Positions 16,875-24,400 of a stretch of 37,775 nt of DNA are shown here, piece after piece (positions within the stretch are counted from its first letter, which is position 1; each line of letters starts with the position of its first letter). The notes beneath the pieces are model-generated. The model did not search any database. It was not told where the DNA came from and saw only the letters and a program-made list of their open reading frames with translations. The DNA is from Pyrinomonadaceae bacterium (GTDB lineage: Bacteria; Acidobacteriota; Blastocatellia; Pyrinomonadales; Pyrinomonadaceae): assembly GCA_026786155.1 (NCBI GenBank), contig JAJAYR010000225.1, positions 1-37,775 of the forward strand, in the 5' to 3' direction. The translations under genes were made by a program, and so were the position numbers.

Positions 16875-17969
16875 ATGTTTTCAAAGCTGCCCCAAATCAC
16901 ATTTCTAATTGTTTTCCTGTTCGCCGCGTCCTTCGCTCAAACGCCGACTCCGACACCGATAAACGACGACGAACCGGAACGAATTTTCGCCGAAGAAATT
17001 AAACTGAATGTTTCGGCTTATGACCTGAACGGCAATTTTGTCGGCGATGTCAAAAAAGAAGATTTGGTGATTTCCGAAGACGGGCGGCTCAATCAGGCAA
17101 GCAGTTTGCGGCGCATTCCGGCGAATGTGCTGGTCGTTCTCGACACGGGCGGCGAAATGCGGCAAGTGAAAAGATTAAAGGATACGGTTAAAGCGGCGAA
17201 AAATTTAATCGTCGCTTTGCAGCCGGACGATTCGGTGGCGATTATGGATTATCACGATAAAGTCGAAATCGTCGCCGAATGGACGAATAAAGATGAAGCG
17301 TTAAAATTACTCGATTCAAAAGCGAATTTCGGCAGACGTTCCGTTTTCATCAACGCGCTGGAGGCGGCGACGAAGTTTTTGCAGAAAACGCCGCGCGACA
17401 ATCGCCATCTGGTTTTGATTACCGACGGCACGGACACTTTTAACAATCTCTCCGAACGCCGCGCGGCGACGCAGAATCTGCTGGCGACCGACATCAATGT
17501 TCACGTTATCAGTTATACGCGACTGGAAAAAGCGGCGATTGAACCGCGCACCAAAGGTATCTCGAAAACGCCGCCGAGACAGGCGATGCCGCCCGAAATA
17601 AAAGCGACCTTGCCGAACGGTGTGCGCGATGTCGCGCTGACTCCGAAAAGCATTACGATTTCGACCGACCGCGCTTTTCTGCGTAAAATGAAGGAAAGAA
17701 AAAATGCTCTTATCGAGAGCGAAAAATACCTTATCGCGCTCTCCAAAGACACGAACGGCTATTTGATTCTGCCCGAATCACGCGACGAAATGCTGGAGAA
17801 ATCCGCGAGCATCGCCGGAATAATTGATTCGAGCTACGTTTTAACCTACGTCCCGAAACGCGCCCTGAGCGAATCGCCAACCGGCGAAATCCGCAGCATC
17901 GAAGTTACCTCGCGCCGTCCGAATCTGCGCGTTCAAGCCAATCGGAAATTGGTGGTGAACGGGAAATAA
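16875..17969 (+). CDS. secreted VWA domain protein, third paralog, degenerate MIDAS
   Basis: 364 aa. It has a signal peptide, a TPTPTP linker and ..EDLVISEDGRLNQ... The MIDAS position reads DTGGE instead of DxSxS, while ..LVLITDGTDT.. is retained. The tail is ..YVLTYVP..IRSIEVTS... Confidence 0.8.
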   Translation: MFSKLPQITFLIVFLFAASFAQTPTPTPINDDEPERIFAEEIKLNVSAYDLNGNFVGDVKKEDLVISEDGRLNQASSLRRIPANVLVVLDTGGEMRQVKRLKDTVKAAKNLIVALQPDDSVAIMDYHDKVEIVAEWTNKDEALKLLDSKANFGRRSVFINALEAATKFLQKTPRDNRHLVLITDGTDTFNNLSERRAATQNLLATDINVHVISYTRLEKAAIEPRTKGISKTPPRQAMPPEIKATLPNGVRDVALTPKSITISTDRAFLRKMKERKNALIESEKYLIALSKDTNGYLILPESRDEMLEKSASIAGIIDSSYVLTYVPKRALSESPTGEIRSIEVTSRRPNLRVQANRKLVVNGK

Positions 17970-18051
17970 AAGGGATGAAGGATGAGGGATGAGGAATGAA
18001 TTTAAGCAATTGGCTTTTTATTCATCCCTCATCCTTCATCCTTCATCCCTT
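17970..18051. terminator. 31-nt-arm hairpin of inverted GGATGAN heptamer arrays, probable bidirectional terminator
   Basis: AAGGGATGAAGGATGAGGGATGAGGAATGAA (17970-18000) pairs with TTCATCCCTCATCCTTCATCCTTCATCCCTT (18021-18051) with 2 mismatches. It is followed by TTTT and lies between stops at 17969 and 18053. Confidence 0.6.
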
Positions 18052-18052
18052 T

Positions 18053-21000
18053 TTAGAACGCCTGCGAAAATCTGAAATGCAGTTGTCCCTGCCGGACGCG
18101 GAAGATGCCGTTGGTGCCGTTGGTTTGCGGAAGCAGGAATTGCGGCGGGTTGAGCAGATAGCCGTAATCAACGCCGAGTTCGCCGCCAATCGGCGTTTTG
18201 ACGCGAAAGCCGAGTCCGACGGTGTGCGACCAGACGGAACGGAGATTTTGCCGGAAAACATCGTTTGCCGGAACGTCCGCCGGGTTGAAAATATCGCTGA
18301 CGCGGCGGAAAACATTGCCGCCGTCGTAAAACGGCACGGCGCGAAGCAAATTGGAAAGCGGAATTCGCGCTTCCAAATTGACGATGGCGAGCGCGTTGCC
18401 GCCGAACGGAATCGTGAACGGATTCAGAAAAACCCGGTCGCCGTTGCTGTTACGGAAAAATCCCTGCGGCACAATCACCACGCGCGGTCCGGCTTGCTCG
18501 AACTCGAAGCCGCGCAAGGTCGTCGAACCGCCCGCGAAAAATCTTTCGCTAATCGGCAGACTGTCGTCGAGGTCGGGAAACTGCGTTGACGAAAATGTCC
18601 GCGAACGCGAAAAGACGCTTGCCAAACCGAGAATGGCGCGTCCGGCGAACGTCGTGTGGCGAAGAAATGAAGCGGTATAAAAGCTATAAAAACTTCCCTG
18701 AAATTTATGAAAGCCGATGTTCGCGCCCAAAGTCGGCAGTGAAACATTGTAATCCGCCGTCAGATAAAAGCCGCGCGTCGGGTTGGTCGCGCTGTAACGG
18801 CACGGGTCGCCCGCATCGCCTTTGGCGATGATGTCGAGAATAGTGTACTTAATCGAGCAGTCGCGGCGCGTGTCGAAAACGAAATTTGTCCCGAAACCGG
18901 AAATGCGAACCCGCGAATCGGGGCGCAGCAAATCTCTCACCAATAAACTTTCAAAATTACGCAGACGCACGTCTTCAAATCGGTAACGCGCAAATAGGAA
19001 ACTACGCTGGCGGCGGCTGATGGTGCGGCTCGTTTCCGCCGAAAAACTCAGGCGATTGATGGTCGGATCGCCCGCGCTGCCGCCGAATTCGTCAATCGGG
19101 CTGCCGTTTTCGTCAACGCGCTGGACGATGCCGCCCGTGCCGCGGTCAAACGTCGAGCGGAAAAATCTGGTAACGGTCGAATCGCGCTGATACTGCGCCG
19201 AAAAAGTCAGCGGCGCAAAGCGAATCGAACCGTCAGCGTTTTTGCCGTCTTTTAAAAATCGCGGATTGATAAAATCAATCTGGACGAGTTGCTGCAAACG
19301 GCTGGCGCGAACCCGTGCGCCGCCTTGCAGGAGTTTGCCGAAAAGATTGAAGTGGCGAATGTCGAAAAAGCCGTTCGCGCCGAAATCGGTCGAGAAGCCG
19401 CCGCCGTAAGTAATCAGGCGCGGCTTTTTTTCCTTGATATTGATAATAATATCGCTCAGACGATTGCCGTCGGCGCGTTCGCCCGCCGGTTCGGGTTTGA
19501 TTTCTACGATGTCGAAAGCGTCGGTCGCGTAGAGATTTTGCTCGCTGGTGAAAATGTCGGTCGAGCGCAGCACATCGTCGGTTTTGACGTTTATCGCCTT
19601 GAGAATCGCGTCGCTTTCCGTGCGCTCGTTACCGTTGATTAAAATGCGGTTGACGAAAACTTTTTTGCCTTCGTTTTCGAGCGTATAGACGAGTTTGACC
19701 AATTCCGCGCCGGTCGCCGTGTCCGCGCCGAGTTCGACGACGGCGTAACTGACTTTCGCATCGTAAAATCCGGCTCTCGAATAAATGTTGGCGAGTTCGC
19801 GCACGCCGTTTCTGGCTCGCGCTCTGGACAGATTTTTGCCGACGAGATTCGGCAATTCGGCTTGCAAAGCGGCATCGGTAAAAGAGGTATTGCCGTCAAT
19901 CTGCACCTCGCTGATGCGCGTCGGAACGCCTTCGGTCGCTACAAAAGTAATAATCAAATCTTCGCCGTTCGGCGAAACGCCCTGTCTGACCGCCACATTA
20001 TTTCGGCGATAGCCGAGTTCGCGCAAAAGAGATTCAATCGTCGTCCGGTCTTGTTCGAGAATTTCGCTGCTCGTGTAGCCGCGCCCGTAGCCGAAATACG
20101 GAATAAAACCGAGAAAGTTGGCTTCCTGCGAGTCGAGAACCGTTTGAATATCGGCGGCGGTAAATTGCGTCGTGCCTTGAATACGAATGTCAACGAGTTT
20201 TAATTTGCGGTTCAAATCGGCGCGGTATTCGATGTCAACCGTGCGGTCGCTTAATGAAGGTCCGCTCAACGCGCTGCACAAAACCTCCGTATTGTTGGTG
20301 AAAACGGCGGCTTCATCGCTGGTAAATTCCGGTTTGATTGAGCAGTAAGGCGTAACGACGGCGAAGAAATAGCCTTTTTCCTGAAAGAAATTTCGCAGAC
20401 GGCGCGAGCCTTCGATAATGGAAGCGTAATCGAGCGTGCCTTCGCGCCGGACGGACAGCAGTTCGGTCTGCTTTTTGTCGCCGACTTTTTCGTCTTCGCC
20501 CGCGTTGACCGTGATATTGACGGTCGCGCCGACTTTGCCGTTCAAAGTGATGCCGACGACGTTTCGCGCATCGTCGCGGTCGAAAACGACGCGCGGTTCT
20601 TCGAGTTCGGGAGCGATAAATTTTTCTTCGCGCAAGGCTTTACGGATTCGTTCGATGTCCTCCGCCAGAACTTCGCGCGAAAATAATTCGCCCGGCTGCA
20701 ATTTGAGTTTCGTCTGCACTTTCGCCGCGTTAAAACCTTCGATGTTGACGGCAAATTTATCAACCTTCGCCTGCGCGTTCGGCGTTACCTGAAAAGCTAC
20801 GGTAACTTCCGTTTCGCTTTTCAGAGGTGCTTGGCGATAGGTAACTTCGGCGTTGAAAAATCCGCGTTCGCGCAGATAAACGAGAATCAAATCGGCGTTG
20901 TCGCGCAGAGTTTGTTCGGTGACGGAAGAACCGGCGTTCGTCAGATTCAATTTTAAAAGCAATTCCTGTTCGGTAACTTTATCGCCGACGGTATTGCCGA

Positions 21001-21451
21001 TATTGATGACGATTTTTTCGGCTTCGGTTTTGCGCTTGATGATAAATCGCAAATTCACGCCCGAATCATTAACCGGCACGGCTTCGACTTTGACGGAAAC
21101 GATGCGTTTGGTTTTATAAAGCGCGTCGAGCGCGTCGCGCACTTTGACGGCGGAATACGTCGCGCCGAGTGTGCCGCGAATCGTCAATTCAAATTGCTGC
21201 GCGGCGGAAACGGCGCGGTCGTTGCCTTCAAAAACGACGGCGACATTCTCGATGCGGCGGTCTTCAAAAACACTCTGGGCTTGGGCAGTAAGCAGAAGGC
21301 AGAAGGCAGAAGGCAGTATTAAGATACAAAATCGCAGAGACGCGGAAAATTTAAAAAAAGAAGCAACAGCGCGGAAAATTTTCCTGCCTTCTGCCTTCTG
21401 CCTTCTGCCTTCTGCCTTCCGCCTTCTGCCTTCTGCTTCTCTGCCGTTCAA
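18053..21451 (-). CDS. bamA: outer membrane protein assembly factor BamA (Omp85 family); start uncertain
   Basis: It has repeated POTRA-like modules (..VVFEGN.., ..IRIQGTTQFT.., ..VQIDGNTSFTD.., ..ILINGNERTE..). A barrel region starts ..ITYGGGFSTDFG.. and ends ..LHFRFSQAF. There is no in-frame ATG upstream of the signal peptide. The only TTG candidates are 21511 (overlaps tamB by 29 nt) and 21451. Confidence 0.85.
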   Translation of the reverse strand: MNGREAEGRRRKAEGRRQKAEGRKIFRAVASFFKFSASLRFCILILPSAFCLLLTAQAQSVFEDRRIENVAVVFEGNDRAVSAAQQFELTIRGTLGATYSAVKVRDALDALYKTKRIVSVKVEAVPVNDSGVNLRFIIKRKTEAEKIVINIGNTVGDKVTEQELLLKLNLTNAGSSVTEQTLRDNADLILVYLRERGFFNAEVTYRQAPLKSETEVTVAFQVTPNAQAKVDKFAVNIEGFNAAKVQTKLKLQPGELFSREVLAEDIERIRKALREEKFIAPELEEPRVVFDRDDARNVVGITLNGKVGATVNITVNAGEDEKVGDKKQTELLSVRREGTLDYASIIEGSRRLRNFFQEKGYFFAVVTPYCSIKPEFTSDEAAVFTNNTEVLCSALSGPSLSDRTVDIEYRADLNRKLKLVDIRIQGTTQFTAADIQTVLDSQEANFLGFIPYFGYGRGYTSSEILEQDRTTIESLLRELGYRRNNVAVRQGVSPNGEDLIITFVATEGVPTRISEVQIDGNTSFTDAALQAELPNLVGKNLSRARARNGVRELANIYSRAGFYDAKVSYAVVELGADTATGAELVKLVYTLENEGKKVFVNRILINGNERTESDAILKAINVKTDDVLRSTDIFTSEQNLYATDAFDIVEIKPEPAGERADGNRLSDIIINIKEKKPRLITYGGGFSTDFGANGFFDIRHFNLFGKLLQGGARVRASRLQQLVQIDFINPRFLKDGKNADGSIRFAPLTFSAQYQRDSTVTRFFRSTFDRGTGGIVQRVDENGSPIDEFGGSAGDPTINRLSFSAETSRTISRRQRSFLFARYRFEDVRLRNFESLLVRDLLRPDSRVRISGFGTNFVFDTRRDCSIKYTILDIIAKGDAGDPCRYSATNPTRGFYLTADYNVSLPTLGANIGFHKFQGSFYSFYTASFLRHTTFAGRAILGLASVFSRSRTFSSTQFPDLDDSLPISERFFAGGSTTLRGFEFEQAGPRVVIVPQGFFRNSNGDRVFLNPFTIPFGGNALAIVNLEARIPLSNLLRAVPFYDGGNVFRRVSDIFNPADVPANDVFRQNLRSVWSHTVGLGFRVKTPIGGELGVDYGYLLNPPQFLLPQTNGTNGIFRVRQGQLHFRFSQAF
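21291..21436. repeat. inverted heptamer arrays (GCAGAAG / CTGCCTT) inside the bamA 5' region
   Basis: The left arm is agcagaa ggcagaa ggcagaa ggcag (21291-21316). The right arm is seven units of ctgcctt-type (21384-21436). The loop is 67 nt. Confidence 0.7.
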
Positions 21452-21482
21452 ATACTTATTCCTTCCCTTAAAATCTTTTCCC

Positions 21483-24400
21483 TTAAAATCTTTTTCGCAA
21501 GCGAATATCAAAACTAAAATTATTATTGCGGCGCGTTACGTTCGACAAAGAACGCTGTTCATATTGGGCGACGAACGACAGGCGATTGGAAACGCGGTAT
21601 TCGAGAGCCAGAACCTGATTCTGGTCTTCCGAAAGATTCGTCGAATACGTTATCAAAAGATTGCGATTGATTTGTCTGCCGACGGTCAGCCGCGCTGACG
21701 GATTCAAACGCTGCCCGCCGATGCTGGGGTCGAGTTCAAAACGATTCAACCCGAAAAGTTTGTCGGTCGCCCGACTCAACGGATTATTAATCAATTCGTC
21801 AGTCAAAATTTCCGCCGCCGTGTTGATTCCCGATTGCGCCAGCGTCGGAATTCCCGTGTCGGTATTCGCCAGATTTCCGGTCGTAATCAGAGACACGACA
21901 TCGGCTTGCGGCAACGCCGGATTCGACCGCACGGTCGCGTTCAGATTGTCGGTGTTGGTCAATTCGCCGTTGAGATTAATGATAATCTGATAACCTTTGA
22001 TTTCGGTTTCGGCTTGCAGGTTGATGAGCGGTTCGATGCTCGTGTTCGGCGGAAATTCGAGCGTCGCCCGCTGAATTTCGTAGCGGTCGCCGCGAAATAG
22101 AATCGTGCCGCTGTTGGCGGTGATTCTGCCGGAAATCTGCGGATATTCAACGTCGCCCGTAACTCTCAAAGAAGCCGAAGCGGTCAAATCCGCGATGTTG
22201 TTGCGAACGATGAGCGCGTCGCGTCCTTCAATCCGCACGTCGAGTTTCGGAACGCCGAAATACGAACCCGACGAATTACCCGAAGAACTTTCCGACAGCG
22301 AACCCGAACGCCGCCCGCTGACGAAATCGGCGATGTCAATATCTTTGTTGTAAATCGTCCGGCGCGTGTAAATCGTTCCGGCAATCAGAGATTCCAAAAT
22401 GCCGTCGCGCCGCACACCGCTGAATTCGATTTCGGCATCGCCGGTCGTGATAAAATCCGACGGCACGGGCGCGGTGAAATTCGTTCCCTGCACTTCAAAC
22501 CGGAAACTCTGCAAATCCAATCCTTTGAGCAACGCGCCGCCCGAAGCGGTAACGCGCCCGCCGCCCAAAAATCCGGTCAGACGGTCAATCTGCACTTGAT
22601 TGGTATTGAACAGAACGCGCCCGCGAATGCGGTCGAGCGTCAGCCTGTCCGCGCCGAGAAAAGTCGCCACCGACGCGCCTTCGAGTTCCGCCGTTCCGTT
22701 GAGGCGCGGCGCGGCGTTGTCGCCCGTCAAACGCACGGAAACATTCGCCAATCCCGCGACGAACGTATTTTTAGAAATTGCGTTCAAAATGCTCAAATTC
22801 ACTCTGCCGTCAATCGCTAAATTATTTGTGCCGCCGTCCGCCAGAGCCGCCGTGCCGTTGACGACGATATTCGAGCCGCCGCCCGCAAACTTCGCGCTGT
22901 TGACGACGATTTCCCGCGAATTAAAAGTAACCGAAACCGGTTCGGTCGCTTCCAAAGGCGTTTGGTCAATCTGCAAAGCAAGCTGCGAAAACTCCGCCGC
23001 GCCCGCCAGATTATCCGTCGTAAAACCGCGCGTTCCGTCCGCTTTGACGGCGTAAAGATTGCCCTGCAAAAAAACTCTGCCCGTCGCTCTGCCCGTAATC
23101 GGAATTTCATCGGACGAGCGCACGAACGCGATATACGGCGCGAGGTCGGTATTGTTGAAAATTGTTTCGGCTTTGAACGGCAGATTTTCATCGGCGAAAT
23201 TGACGTTCGCCGCGAGAATTTGCGCCTGTCCGCCGACGTTGACGGTTACGCTGGCATTTAACTGCTGATTTTCGGTCGTTCCGACGAACGTGATTTCGCC
23301 GAGCGCGTTGTCGCCCGCGACGACGTTGCGCCCGATGCCGTTAAAATTGATGTTGTAAGTTTTGGAATCCGCCGCGTTGCCGGTCGCTTTCGCCGTCAAA
23401 TCAATCGTTCCGCTAATATCTTTGAGCGCGGCGGCGGTGGAAATAAACGGACGAACGCGAGCGAACTGAATGTTTTTGCCTTCGACATTAAAATCGAAGT
23501 TTTTCAGATTGGTTTCATAAGTTCCGTTCGCCCGCAAAAAGCCCTCGCCGAATTTCGCCTCAAACTTTTCGATATTAACGAGCGTTCCGGCAAACGTCGC
23601 CTTCGCGTCGAAACCATCGAACGCTTCGCCGTTTATCGTGCCTTTGCCCGATGAGACATTCGCTTCGCCCTGCAAATTTCCGGGAATTCCGCTGACGTTG
23701 ACCGTTCCCGAAGTTACGGCTTGGAAATCTTTTAACTGTTCGGGCAAAACGTCAACCGGCAGCGCGGCGAGTAAATTTCCCGTGTTGATATTATTCAAAG
23801 TCGCCTGAACCGAAATGTTATTTTCGCCGACGCTCGGAACGCTGACGTTAAAGGCGAGATTGCCGCCGCCGTTCGGCTCTTGCAGTTTGCCGTCGCGCAG
23901 TTCGATGGCATTGGGCGAAACGAAAACATTCGTCGTCAGCGAACCTAAATTGCGCCCGCGCAAGCTAATCGAATCAACGGCGGCGCGTCCGTCAACCGTC
24001 GGATTAGTCAGATTTCCGGTGATGTTGCCGTTAAAATTCAAATTGCCCGCAAACGTCGCTTTGTATTCGTCAAGCTGCGCTTCGAGTTCCGGCGAAATAT
24101 TCAAAACTCTGATAATGCGCTCGATTTCGCTCGCGTCGGTCGAATTCAAAGCGACGTTCAAATTTGAATTGTAACCGTTCAAATCAAAACTTCCCGTCGC
24201 GTTCAACTCGCTTTTTTCCGTTTTCAGATTGGCGAAATCAACATCGAAAAGCCCGTTCGTCGCCTTCAAACCCAAACGCCCGTTGACCGGAACTAATCCG
24301 CGTTCCGCAGTTCCGGCGTTCGCCGCAAAATCGGCGGTCAAAGTTCCGCTCGCGGTTTTGAAATTCGTTCCCGCGAAATTTACATTGACATTGCCCGTCG

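Noticed and set aside
21291-21436. Heptamer arrays considered as possible CRISPR arrays (also 14442-14536, 17970-18051 and 28464-28498).
   Set aside because: The units are contiguous 7-mers with no 25-40-nt spacers, the arrays are under 60 nt, and no cas genes are in the window. These are simple tandem or inverted repeats, not CRISPR.
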